Positions 34,110 to 42,631 of a stretch of 54,765 bases of DNA are shown here, piece by piece. Each line of letters begins with the position of its first letter. Position 1 is the first letter of the stretch. This stretch comes from an uncultured Thermoleophilia bacterium (GTDB lineage Bacteria; Actinomycetota; Thermoleophilia; UBA2241). The notes beneath the pieces are model-generated. The model did not search any database and was not told the origin of the DNA. It saw nothing but the letters and a program-made list of their open reading frames with translations. The position numbers were made by a program, and so were the translations under genes. The stretch spans positions 5,401-60,165 of the forward strand of contig CAZJGT010000001.1 of NCBI GenBank assembly GCA_964545565.1, in the 5' to 3' direction.

Positions 34110-35519
34110 GTGAAGCGCGAGTTGCGGTCACGGCTCGCCCTGACGCATCTGGCGATCGCCCTTGTGGCCATCGTCGCCGTCGGCGGCGTGGTCGCGTACG
34201 CCGCCTCGCATCGGTTCGACGGCTACCTGGATCAGGTGCGGAGCGAGCGCGACGGGGAGATCGTCAGGGCGTTGCAGCGCACCTACCAGCCACCGGACGG
34301 CTGGGACGCGACGGCGATCTACGCGCTCAGTCAGGTGGCGACGTTCGACGACGTCGCCGTCGCCGTCTTCTCGACGGAGGGTCAGGTCCTCTTCACCGTC
34401 CAGGGGCGGGCGGACGGTGGCGGCGCATCGCCGGCGCCCGAGGCCGCCCCACGCAGCCGAGCAGATCTGGCCGTGACCAGTTCGGCGATCGTGGTCGACG
34501 GCCGGGCGGTGGCGAGCGCCGAGATCTACGCACCGAGACGCGCTCGCGCCGCCGCTGAGGAAGCCTACCGGAGCGCGCTCACGCGCGATCTGTTGATCGC
34601 CGGCGGCATCGCCGGCGTCCTCGCCGTGCTGATGAGCCTGCTCGTCAGCCGGCGGGTCACCGCTCCGCTCGAGGAGCTCGTCGATGCCGCCGGCGACGTC
34701 GCGGGCGGGAGCCTGGGAGTGCGGGTCGCGCCGCGCGGCGACGGCGAGGTCGCGGCGCTCGCCACCGCCTTGAATGCGATGGCCGACAGGCTGGCCCGCG
34801 AGGAGGAGCGGCGGCGTGACGTGGCTGGTGACCTCTGCCAAGGATTGCGCACGCCGTTGGCGACCATCCAGTCCCGTGTGCAGGAGCTGGAGAGCGGCGC
34901 GCTGCCGGCCACGCCCGAGAACCTACGCGTGATCGGCGCAGAGGTGGAGCGTCTCGGCCGCCTGGTGGACCACCTGCGCAGCCTCGACGAACTCGAGAGC
35001 GAGGATCTCGGCGTCGAGCACGACCCGGTCGATCTGGCAGAGGTCGCAGCCGGGGCTGCGGACCGGCTGCGACCCGCGTTCAGGGCCAAGGGCGTCGAGC
35101 TCGTCGCCGAGATGGGTCCAGGTATCGTCTTCGGCGACCCTGACCGGCTGTCGCAAGTGGTCACCCACCTGCTGGATAACGCGCTCGCGTTCACACCGGC
35201 CGGTGGCCGTGTAGCCGTCACGGTCGACGGCGGTGAAGGCGCTGCCAAGGCATCCGGTGCGCTCGCGGGGCCGGCGGGGACCGCGGTCCGGCTCACCGTG
35301 ACCGATGACGGGCCGGGCGTGGACCCGATCGACCTGCCCTTCGTCTTCGATCGGTTCTACCGGGCGCAGGCGCGGCGGGGCGCCCCGGGGGCCGGGCTCG
35401 GTCTGGCCGTCTGCCGCGCGCTCGTCGAGTCGCAGGGTGGGTCCATCGAGGTCGGTAACGCGCCCGGCGGCGGGGCACGGTTCACCGTCTTGTTGCCCTT
35501 GGCGGGCCCCCGGGGTTGA
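34110..35519 (+). CDS. Orphan sensor histidine kinase-like protein with a degenerate H-box (His replaced by Gln)
   Basis: 2 TM plus HAMP. The DHp segment reads VAGDLCQGLRTPLATIQ where a kinase has (S/A)HELRTPL. The catalytic domain looks intact (HLLDNALAFTP, TDDGPGVD, FDRFYR, GAGLGLAVCRALVE). No response regulator is adjacent. Confidence 0.8.
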   Translation: MKRELRSRLALTHLAIALVAIVAVGGVVAYAASHRFDGYLDQVRSERDGEIVRALQRTYQPPDGWDATAIYALSQVATFDDVAVAVFSTEGQVLFTVQGRADGGGASPAPEAAPRSRADLAVTSSAIVVDGRAVASAEIYAPRRARAAAEEAYRSALTRDLLIAGGIAGVLAVLMSLLVSRRVTAPLEELVDAAGDVAGGSLGVRVAPRGDGEVAALATALNAMADRLAREEERRRDVAGDLCQGLRTPLATIQSRVQELESGALPATPENLRVIGAEVERLGRLVDHLRSLDELESEDLGVEHDPVDLAEVAAGAADRLRPAFRAKGVELVAEMGPGIVFGDPDRLSQVVTHLLDNALAFTPAGGRVAVTVDGGEGAAKASGALAGPAGTAVRLTVTDDGPGVDPIDLPFVFDRFYRAQARRGAPGAGLGLAVCRALVESQGGSIEVGNAPGGGARFTVLLPLAGPRG

Positions 35520-36292
35520 CGCGCGCCGCGATGGCCCCATCGGGAAGCGCGCGCGTCCTCGTCGCCTGTGACCTCGACGGCACTGTGCTCCAGGACGACG
35601 GCTCTCTCGTCCCGGGGATCGCCGGCGTGCTCGCGGAGCTGATCGCCGCCGGTGCGGCCTTCGTCGTCTGCACCGGCCGCCCGCTCTCCACCGCGCGCAC
35701 GGCCACCACCGCACTCCGCGTGGACCCAGCCGCCTTCGCGTGCTATCACGGGGCGCTGGTGGTCAACGGATCCGGCGAGTTCCTCCGGCACCTGCCGCTG
35801 CCGGAGGACGCCGCGCGTGCAGTCGCGGCCGAGGCTCTTCGACAGGGGCTCGGCGTGACCGTCTACGACTACGACGAGCCGCGGGAACTCCTCGCCACAG
35901 GCGATCGTGACGACCAGCCGGGGGACGCCGTCAGCCGCCTCGTCCTCCACGGCGAGACGGCGACCGCGGCATGCCTTCTCGAGGAGCTTCGGGTCGAGTG
36001 GCACGGACGGCTTCGCGTCGAACCCATCCGGCCCGGCTTTCTCGGCGTCTTCGCTCGCGGCGCCGACAAGGGCGACGCGTTGCGGCTGCTGGCCGGGAGC
36101 ATCGGCGTTCCGCCCGGCAGGGTGGCCGCCTGCGGGGACTCGCTCCAGGACGAGTCGCTGCTCGCCGCCGCGGCGGTCCGCATCGCCGTCGGCGACCCTC
36201 CGCATGTCCTTGACCATCTGGAGGGCGTCGTGGTGGTCGCTCGCTCACGGCTCGCGGAGACGTTGCGGGCTCTCGTCCTGCCGTTGTTCTGA
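35516..36292 (+). CDS. Cof-type HAD-IIB phosphatase
   Basis: VLVACDLDGTVL (DxDGT)...VVCTGRP...GADKGDAL...AACGDSLQDESLL. TTG 35516 overlaps the kinase stop (TTGA); ATG 35531 is an alternative start. Confidence 0.8.
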   Translation: MTRAAMAPSGSARVLVACDLDGTVLQDDGSLVPGIAGVLAELIAAGAAFVVCTGRPLSTARTATTALRVDPAAFACYHGALVVNGSGEFLRHLPLPEDAARAVAAEALRQGLGVTVYDYDEPRELLATGDRDDQPGDAVSRLVLHGETATAACLLEELRVEWHGRLRVEPIRPGFLGVFARGADKGDALRLLAGSIGVPPGRVAACGDSLQDESLLAAAAVRIAVGDPPHVLDHLEGVVVVARSRLAETLRALVLPLF

Positions 36293-36298
36293 AGCGGA

Positions 36299-36326
36299 GG
36301 GCGGCGGGGCCTTCGCCCCGCCGCCC
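36299..36326. terminator. Perfect 12-bp GC hairpin between the convergent HAD and trpB2 genes
   Basis: GGGCGGCGGGGC-cttc-GCCCCGCCGCCC. Confidence 0.55.
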
Positions 36327-36362
36327 ATGCACGCATACTGCGCTGTGCTCGCTCCCTCGCGG

Positions 36363-37727
36363 TCAGTCGACCTGCGGCAGCTTGGCGATCGACGCGGCGA
36401 TCGCCGCCTCCGGGTGGTCGTAGTCCTCGAGCTCGCCGCCCAGGTACCTGTCGTACGAGCCGAGATCGAGCAGGCCGTGACCGGTGAGGTTGAAGAGGAT
36501 GTTGCGGCTCACGCCCTCATCCTTGGCCTTGAGCGCCTCATTGACCGCGGCGAGGATCGCGTGAGCGCTCTCGGGAGCCGGAACGATGGCCTCGGTTCGC
36601 GTGAAGAGGGCCGCAGCCTCGAAGACCTTGGTCTGCGGCACGGAGACGGCCTCGAGAAGTCCGAGGTCGTAGACGTGACTGAGCAGCGGCGCCATGCCGT
36701 GGTAGCGCAGGCCCCCGGCGTGGATGCCGGGCGGCATGTAGTCGTGGCCCAGCGTGTACATCTTGAACAGCGGAGTGGTCTGGGCCTCGTCGCCGAAATC
36801 GTAGCGGAATTGCCCCTTCGTGAGTGATGGACAAGCCGTGGGCTCCACGGCGACCAGGCGAGTCTTGGTCTTGCCCGCGAGGTTCTCGCGCAGGAAGGGG
36901 AAAGCCATGCCGCCGAAGCTCGAGCCGCCGCCGACACAGCCGATGACCACGTCGGGGTAGGCGTCGGCGTCCTGCGTCTGGAGGATGCACTCCTCGCCGA
37001 TGATGGTCTGGTGCAGCAGCACGTGGTTGGTGACGCTGCCGAGGGCGTACTTGGAGCCGGGGTGCGTCACCGCGTCCTCGACGGCCTCACTGATGGCGAT
37101 GCCGAGGCTGCCGAGGGAATCCGGATCCTCGGCCAGGACGGCGCGTCCGGCATTGGTCTGGTCGCTTGGGCTGGGGATCACGGTGCCGCCCCACAGCTGC
37201 ATCATGCTGCGCCGGTACGGCTTCTGGTGATAGCTGACCTTGACCATGTAGACCATGCACTCGAGGTCGAACATCTGGCAGGCCATGCTCAGGGCGCTGC
37301 CCCACTGGCCGGCGCCGGTCTCGGTGGCAAGGCGCGTGGTGCCGTCGAGCTTGTTGTAATAGGCCTGTGCGACGGCGGTGTTGCTCTTGTGCGAGCCGGC
37401 AGGGCTGACGCCCTCGTGCTTGAAGAAGATCTTGGCCGGCGTGTCGAGCGCCTTCTCGAGTCCGGTGGCGCGGATCAGCGGCGTCGGCCTCCAGATGCGG
37501 TAGATCTGGTGGATCTCCTCGGGGATCTCGATGGAGCGCTCGGCCGAGACCTCCTGGGCGATGATGCTGGGCGGGAAGATCGGCGACAGGTCGTCGGGAC
37601 CGGCCGGCTGCAAGGTCGCCGGGTTGAGCGGCGGCGGCGGAGGCGCGGGGAGGTCGGGAACGATGTTGTACCAGGTCTTGGGGATCCTCTCCTCGTCAAG
37701 GACGAACTTCTTCTTGTACTCGCTCAT
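36363..37727 (-). CDS. trpB: TrpB2-type tryptophan synthase beta-like PLP enzyme (stand-alone)
   Basis: [27 protein letters not shown]...RPTPLIRA...[24 protein letters not shown] (PLP lysine)...[11 protein letters not shown]. The 454-aa length and N-terminal extension are typical of TrpB2. No trpA is adjacent. SD GAGAGGAGG. Confidence 0.9.
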   Translation of the reverse strand: MSEYKKKFVLDEERIPKTWYNIVPDLPAPPPPPLNPATLQPAGPDDLSPIFPPSIIAQEVSAERSIEIPEEIHQIYRIWRPTPLIRATGLEKALDTPAKIFFKHEGVSPAGSHKSNTAVAQAYYNKLDGTTRLATETGAGQWGSALSMACQMFDLECMVYMVKVSYHQKPYRRSMMQLWGGTVIPSPSDQTNAGRAVLAEDPDSLGSLGIAISEAVEDAVTHPGSKYALGSVTNHVLLHQTIIGEECILQTQDADAYPDVVIGCVGGGSSFGGMAFPFLRENLAGKTKTRLVAVEPTACPSLTKGQFRYDFGDEAQTTPLFKMYTLGHDYMPPGIHAGGLRYHGMAPLLSHVYDLGLLEAVSVPQTKVFEAAALFTRTEAIVPAPESAHAILAAVNEALKAKDEGVSRNILFNLTGHGLLDLGSYDRYLGGELEDYDHPEAAIAASIAKLPQVD

Positions 37728-37878
37728 GACCGACCTCCTCTCGGGGTGACGCGCGGATCGGACGGACTCTGTTGATGGGGATGCACTGCTGCTGCGCTCC
37801 GTTTCAGGGGACAGAACGACTGCCGGTGCGGTCTTGGGGTGTGGGCAGGGCCCACGCGGGGTTTCGAGAAGGGGCGCG

Positions 37879-37953
37879 CTAGGCGCGCCAGGCCCAGAGA
37901 CGCCAGTCGGCGCAAGCGATGGTGCTGCGGATGGCGTCGTGGGTCGTCATCAT
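37879..37953 (-). CDS. Candidate leaderless Trp-rich leader peptide [24 protein letters not shown]
   Basis: A 24-codon ORF (the tail of ORF-track entry 37879-38160) starts 7 nt after a TACACT -10 box. Three TGG codons fall among the last eight sense codons. The stop lies in a 7-bp hairpin. It sits 151 nt upstream of trpB2. Confidence 0.55.
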   Translation of the reverse strand: MMTTHDAIRSTIACADWRLWAWRA

Positions 37954-37960
37954 GCGCGGC

Positions 37961-37988
37961 AGTGTACCACACCACTGCGACCGCGCAA
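37961..37988 (-). promoter_or_regulatory. Candidate promoter TTGCGC-16 nt-TACACT for the trp leader-trpB2 transcript
   Basis: On the minus strand the -35 is at 37988-37983 and the -10 at 37966-37961. The ATG at 37953 is 7 nt downstream of the -10. Confidence 0.45.
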
Positions 37989-38038
37989 CAGCACGAGGCA
38001 CGGCGGCCGCTACCGAACGCCGCGGGGCAGCGCGGCCG

Positions 38039-39784
38039 TCAACCGATGCCCGCCACCGCCGGCTTGAGTGGCGGACACGTCTCGCGCAGCGGGTACGGTG
38101 AACCCGGCAGCCCGAAGAGGAAGCCTTGGCCGTGGGAGACACCGAGCTCGTGCAGGGCATCGAGCTGCGCCTGGGTCTCGATGCCCTCGGCGATCAGCGT
38201 GATGCCCGCCTCGCGGCAGAACCCCCGCAGAGTCCGCACCAGCTTCTGCTTGACCATGGACTCGTCGAGCTTGCGGATGAGTGAGCGGTCGAGCTTGATG
38301 AAGTCCGGCTCGATCTCGACCATCGTCTGCAGGCCGGCGTAGCCGGCGCCCGCGTCGTCGATGGCGATCCGGAAGCCGTGCGCGCGCAGGCGCCGGACCA
38401 CGTCGCGCATGTAGTCGAAGTCGTCGATGACGCTGTTCTCGGTGAGCTCGATGACCGTCAGTTCTCGCAACTCCGGCGCCATGGCGTCGACGAACTCCTG
38501 CACGAACAGGTCGTCGTGCGACTGGAAGAAGAGCGTCACCGGCTCGGTGTTGATGAAGCGCAGGTAGCGCGCCGGCAGCTTCGCGCTGCCGCGGGCGGCC
38601 ATGAGCCGGCAGAGCCGGTCGAGGTCGGAGACGCGCCCCTCGTCGCGGGCGACGTCGAACAGCGCGTCGGGCCGGTGCAACTCGCTCGCGACCGGCCCGC
38701 GGGCGAGCAGTTCGTAACCCAATACCGCATAGTCGTCGAGGCCGACGATGGGCTGGAAGACGCACGAGACCTGCCTGCCGGTGATGACCTTCTCGAACTC
38801 CTCGCGCAGCCGGTCCTGCTGCTCGCCGCGGTCTTGCTCGATCTCCCTGGTGGCTTGGTTGATCGCCTCCAGCAGGGCGCGCCTGAAGCGCACCTTGGGC
38901 GAGCTCGTCAGGCGCGCACAGCCGACGAAGAGGTCGATCTTCCCCAGCAGCCGGCTCTCCAGGTCGTCTTCGAGGCGGTCGAGCAGCCGTGACTCGAGGC
39001 GCTCCTTGATGGCGAGGAGATCCTTCTGGTCGATGGTCCGGCGTTCGCGAGCCGGTGCCAGGGCGATGAGGAACGCGTTGCCGAGGCTCGAGATGGAGAC
39101 GAGGTCCTCCCCCCGGATGAGCTCGCCCCGGGCGTCCTGCAGCCGTCGGCTGATGAGCCGGAAGACGTCGTCGACGACCTCGAAGCCCTGCAGCGACTCG
39201 AGCGCGTGGACGCCGCCGAGGCTCACGTAGACGAGCCCGAGCTGGCCGTGATCCAGCAGCATGCGCTGCATGCCGACCTGCACGCTCTGCAGCGTGGGCA
39301 GGCCGGTGATCTCGTCGTGATAGATGCTCGCGTCGCGCAGCACGTTCTGGATCGTGTCGACGAGGCGTTCGGAGCGGAACGGCTTGGTGATGTACGCAGA
39401 GGCGCCTGATCGGTTGGCTTCGACCATGTCGGCGAGATCGGTCTTCGCGGTGAGGAAGATGACCGGGATGTCCTTGGTGTAGCCGAACTGGAGCTCGCGG
39501 CAGACCTGGTAGCCGTCCATACCGGGCATCATCACGTCGAGGAGAACGACGTGAGGATGCCGCGTGTAGGCGAGCTCGAGGCCCTTCTCCCCGCTGGTGG
39601 CGGAGAGGACCTCGAACCCCTGTTCGCGCAGCGTAGCGGCGATGGTCTCCACCAGGTCGGCGTCGTCGTCGACCACGAGGATGCGGATGTTCTCGCGCGG
39701 CACGTTCCTCCCCTGGCTGGCTCTGCGCGGGCGCGCCTGCGTGTCAAGCTCCCGCGCACAGGTGCTATCGGCAACGTTCGCCAA
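38039..39784 (-). CDS. Response-regulator receiver + degenerate GGDEF + EAL c-di-GMP phosphodiesterase
   Basis: REC: ILVVDDDADLV...VVLLDVMMPGMDG...KPF. The GGDEF position reads SSLGNAFLIAL (no GG(D/E)EF). EAL domain: FQPIVGL...YELLARG, NTEP, ELTENS, IAIDDAGAGYAGL, DFIKLD, EGIETQAQ, GQGFLFG. Confidence 0.85.
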   Translation of the reverse strand: MANVADSTCARELDTQARPRRASQGRNVPRENIRILVVDDDADLVETIAATLREQGFEVLSATSGEKGLELAYTRHPHVVLLDVMMPGMDGYQVCRELQFGYTKDIPVIFLTAKTDLADMVEANRSGASAYITKPFRSERLVDTIQNVLRDASIYHDEITGLPTLQSVQVGMQRMLLDHGQLGLVYVSLGGVHALESLQGFEVVDDVFRLISRRLQDARGELIRGEDLVSISSLGNAFLIALAPARERRTIDQKDLLAIKERLESRLLDRLEDDLESRLLGKIDLFVGCARLTSSPKVRFRRALLEAINQATREIEQDRGEQQDRLREEFEKVITGRQVSCVFQPIVGLDDYAVLGYELLARGPVASELHRPDALFDVARDEGRVSDLDRLCRLMAARGSAKLPARYLRFINTEPVTLFFQSHDDLFVQEFVDAMAPELRELTVIELTENSVIDDFDYMRDVVRRLRAHGFRIAIDDAGAGYAGLQTMVEIEPDFIKLDRSLIRKLDESMVKQKLVRTLRGFCREAGITLIAEGIETQAQLDALHELGVSHGQGFLFGLPGSPYPLRETCPPLKPAVAGIG

Positions 39785-39792
39785 AGGATTAG

Positions 39793-39802
39793 ACAGTACA
39801 CT
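39793..39802. promoter_or_regulatory. Overlapping divergent -10 boxes (TACTGT on minus, TACACT on plus) between the EAL and agmatinase genes
   Basis: Minus strand: TACTGT (39798-39793), 8 nt, TTG 39784. Plus strand: TACACT (39797-39802), 36 nt upstream of ATG 39839, which has SD GGAGG. Confidence 0.35.
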
Positions 39803-39838
39803 TGTCCGGGTACCCGATGATCACTCGAGGAGGCGTCC

Positions 39839-40789
39839 ATGAAGCGATACGGCCCCGCCGGCGGGTCGCGGTCTCCGCGGGTCGCCGGCGTCAACACGTT
39901 GTTGCGGCTTCCGCACGTCACGCAGTATGACGGCGTGGACGTCGCGGTGCTCGGGCTGCCTTTTGACACGGGTCTCGCCGTGCGCTCGGGCGCCCGCTTT
40001 GGGCCCCGTGCCGTGCGCGAGGCCTCGCTCACCATCCGTGCCGCCTACAACCCGGCGCAGCGCATCGCCGTGTTCGAGCGGCTCTCGGTGGTCGATGCCG
40101 GCGACGCTCGCCTGGTCGCGGGATTCACCGACCGCAGCCTCGTCGCCATGCAGGACGCCCTGGACTCCGTGCTGGCCGCCGGGGCGATCTCGCTGGGCAT
40201 CGGCGGCGACCACACCGTGACGCTGGCCGAGCTTCGCGCCGTAGCGAAGAAGCACGGTCCGCTCGCGCTGCTGCACTTCGGCGCGCACACGGATTGCCTC
40301 GAGGAGAGCGCCGGCCAGCGGCACATCCACAGCACCGTGGTGCGCCGCGCCGCGGAGGAAGGCCTCATCGACCCCGGCCGCTGCGCCCTCTTCGGCATGC
40401 GCGGTGGGCTCGACTCCCCGGACGAGTACGATCAGGCGCGAGACCTCGGCTTCACGGTGGTGCCGTGGGAGGACCTCGCCCAGCTCGGCACCGGCATGGT
40501 CGCGGCGGCGGTCGAGGCGGCTGCCGGCGCCAAGGCGTTCGTGACCGTCGATGTGGACTTCGTCGATCCCGCGTTCGCGCCGGCCGTGGGCACGCCCGAG
40601 GCCGGGGGTCCGAGCTCGATGCAGGCGCTCGCGCTGCTCAGGGCCTGCCGCGGACTCGACCTCGCCGGCGCCGACGTCGTCGAGGTCGTGCCCGAGCTCG
40701 ACAGCAGCAACCTCACGGCGACCTTCGCGGCGACGGTGGCCTACGAGCTGCTGTCGCTGATCGCCTGCGGGCCGGGGACCGGGGCGTGA
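39839..40789 (+). CDS. speB: Ureohydrolase (agmatinase or guanidino-acid hydrolase, arginase family)
   Basis: Mn-ligand motifs HFGAHTD, GGDHTVTL and DVDFVDPAFAPAVGTPEAGG. Confidence 0.85.
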   Translation: MKRYGPAGGSRSPRVAGVNTLLRLPHVTQYDGVDVAVLGLPFDTGLAVRSGARFGPRAVREASLTIRAAYNPAQRIAVFERLSVVDAGDARLVAGFTDRSLVAMQDALDSVLAAGAISLGIGGDHTVTLAELRAVAKKHGPLALLHFGAHTDCLEESAGQRHIHSTVVRRAAEEGLIDPGRCALFGMRGGLDSPDEYDQARDLGFTVVPWEDLAQLGTGMVAAAVEAAAGAKAFVTVDVDFVDPAFAPAVGTPEAGGPSSMQALALLRACRGLDLAGADVVEVVPELDSSNLTATFAATVAYELLSLIACGPGTGA

Positions 40790-41682
40790 TCCCGGGCTCC
40801 GCCGCCGACGTCATGCCGGGTTCCGTCGACGCCGCGGCCGCGACGGATGCCGGCGTGCTTCGCGTCGCCTGCGTGCAGATGAACTCGCAGGCGGACGTGG
40901 CCGCCAACGTCCGCGCTGCCCTCGGGCTCGTGGAGGCGGCCGCCGACCAGGGGGCCCGCCTCGTCGCTCTTCCGGAGACGTGGGCCTTCAAGGGTGGTCG
41001 CGAGGACATGCTGGCGACCGCGGAAGCTCCGGATGGGCCGTCCAACCGCGCCCTCGCCGACCTCGCCGCTCGCCGCGGCATGTGGCTGCTCGCCGGCTCC
41101 CTCTACGAACCCGCATCCTCCGGCGAGCGCGTGTACAACACCTCTGCGCTGTTCGATCCGGCCGGCGTCCTGCGCGCCGTCTATCGCAAGATCCACCTCT
41201 TCGACGCCACCTCGGAGGCCGTCGCGTATCGCGAGTCGGACGAGGTGGCAGCGGGTGAGGACATCGTGACCGCTGAGATCGACACCGCCGAGGGGGTCCC
41301 GGTGCGGCTCGGCCTCTCCATCTGCTACGATCTGCGCTTCCCCGGCCTCTACACCTCGCTGGCTCTGCGTGGCGCTCGCGTGCTGTGCGTGCCTGCGGCG
41401 TTCACGGCGTACACGGGTGCGGCTCACTGGGAGGTGCTGCTCCGCGCCCGGGCCATCGAGACCGGCTCCTTCGTGCTCGCACCGGACCAGATCGGCGAGC
41501 ATCTGCCGGGTCGGGAGTGCTTCGGCAACAGCATGATCGTCGACCCGTGGGGCGTGGTCCTCGCGCGGGTCGACGACGGCATCGGCGTGTGCGTCGCCGA
41601 TCTGCACCTGGCTCGGCTGGACGAGGTGCGGGCGCAGGTGCCGTCCCTTGAACACCGGCGGCCGGACGTGTACGACCGCTGA
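40786..41682 (+). CDS. Carbon-nitrogen hydrolase (nitrilase superfamily; Nit or N-carbamoylputrescine amidase-like)
   Basis: Glu-Lys-Cys triad contexts LVALPETW, YRKIHLFD and LSICYDLRFP. GTG 40786 forms a GTGA overlap with the agmatinase stop; the 462-aa ORF-track version overlaps agmatinase out of frame. Confidence 0.85.
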   Translation: MIPGSAADVMPGSVDAAAATDAGVLRVACVQMNSQADVAANVRAALGLVEAAADQGARLVALPETWAFKGGREDMLATAEAPDGPSNRALADLAARRGMWLLAGSLYEPASSGERVYNTSALFDPAGVLRAVYRKIHLFDATSEAVAYRESDEVAAGEDIVTAEIDTAEGVPVRLGLSICYDLRFPGLYTSLALRGARVLCVPAAFTAYTGAAHWEVLLRARAIETGSFVLAPDQIGEHLPGRECFGNSMIVDPWGVVLARVDDGIGVCVADLHLARLDEVRAQVPSLEHRRPDVYDR

Positions 41683-41707
41683 GCGGGGCCGCTCGGCCCG
41701 GCAGGGA

Positions 41708-42598
41708 TCAGGGGACTGCGGCGCCTTTGGCGGCGCGGCGGTCGGCCAGGCCTCGCCGCGCGAACGCCACGATCACGCCGATCACGATCCCGGCCAGCGC
41801 GCCGATGCCGACGTTGACGGCCATGGTCGGGCCGCTGGGCGCGTCGGGGACGGCGGCCTCGTGAAGGATGCGCGGCTGCTCGACCTGCCTCGCCGTGAGC
41901 AGCTGAAGTTCGGTCTTCTGGTTGCTCGCGACGAGCTGCTCCTGTTCCGTCGCCGCGGCCTGCGTCACGGCGACCCAGGCGGCCGACGCGGTCGCCTTCT
42001 CGGCCGTGGAGCCGCCGCCGGCGGCGATCGCGGCGATCGCCTTCTGCGCCGCGACTCCGCGCGCCACGGAGGCGGCGAGCTGCCTTCTGCCCGCTGCCAA
42101 CTGCTCCTCCAGCAGGGCGATCTTCTCGTCCGTATACGCGCTGAGGCGCTCGAGAAGGACGTCGGCGAGATTGTTGGCGGCCGCCGTGGCGCGCGCCTTC
42201 TTGGTGTCGGTGACGGTGATGATGACGATGTTGACGACGGAGGTGGAGGTCTTGACGGTGGACGACGGCGTCTCGACGGTGGTCTGCCGGCGCAGCTTGC
42301 CCGCCGTCATGCCCATGCCGGTGCGGGTCGCCGCCTCCTTCAGCATGACCTGACTCGCGAGCAGCTGCACGGCGGCCTTGGCGTTGGAGTTGAGGCCGGC
42401 CATGGCGTTGCCGTTGGCGTCGGTGGTCTGGCCGATGTACACGGATGAGGTGGCGCTGTACTCGTCGGGCTGCGCCACGGTGACGACCGCGCCGACGACG
42501 ATGCCGATCACGACGAGTCCCAGGATCACCCACCAGTTGCGGGCGAGCGTGACGAACCAGGAACCGACGTCGATGGTCGTGCTCTCGTCGTTGTTCAT
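41708..42598 (-). CDS. Wzz-type polysaccharide co-polymerase (chain-length determinant), no kinase domain
   Basis: N-terminal TM (WWVILGLVVIGIVVGAVV), a long coiled-coil periplasmic region, C-terminal TM (VGIGALAGIVIGVIVAF) and a basic tail. SD GGAGGA. Last gene of the locus. Confidence 0.75.
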   Translation of the reverse strand: MNNDESTTIDVGSWFVTLARNWWVILGLVVIGIVVGAVVTVAQPDEYSATSSVYIGQTTDANGNAMAGLNSNAKAAVQLLASQVMLKEAATRTGMGMTAGKLRRQTTVETPSSTVKTSTSVVNIVIITVTDTKKARATAAANNLADVLLERLSAYTDEKIALLEEQLAAGRRQLAASVARGVAAQKAIAAIAAGGGSTAEKATASAAWVAVTQAAATEQEQLVASNQKTELQLLTARQVEQPRILHEAAVPDAPSGPTMAVNVGIGALAGIVIGVIVAFARRGLADRRAAKGAAVP

Positions 42599-42631
42599 AC
42601 GCTCCTCCGGAGACGGTCGGTCGCGGACATC

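Noticed and set aside
32852-34558. 568-aa plus-strand ORF across the M28 gene and the start of the kinase gene
   Set aside because: It is antisense to the M28-membrane fusion, has Arg/Gly-rich composition, and crosses an intergenic promoter region.
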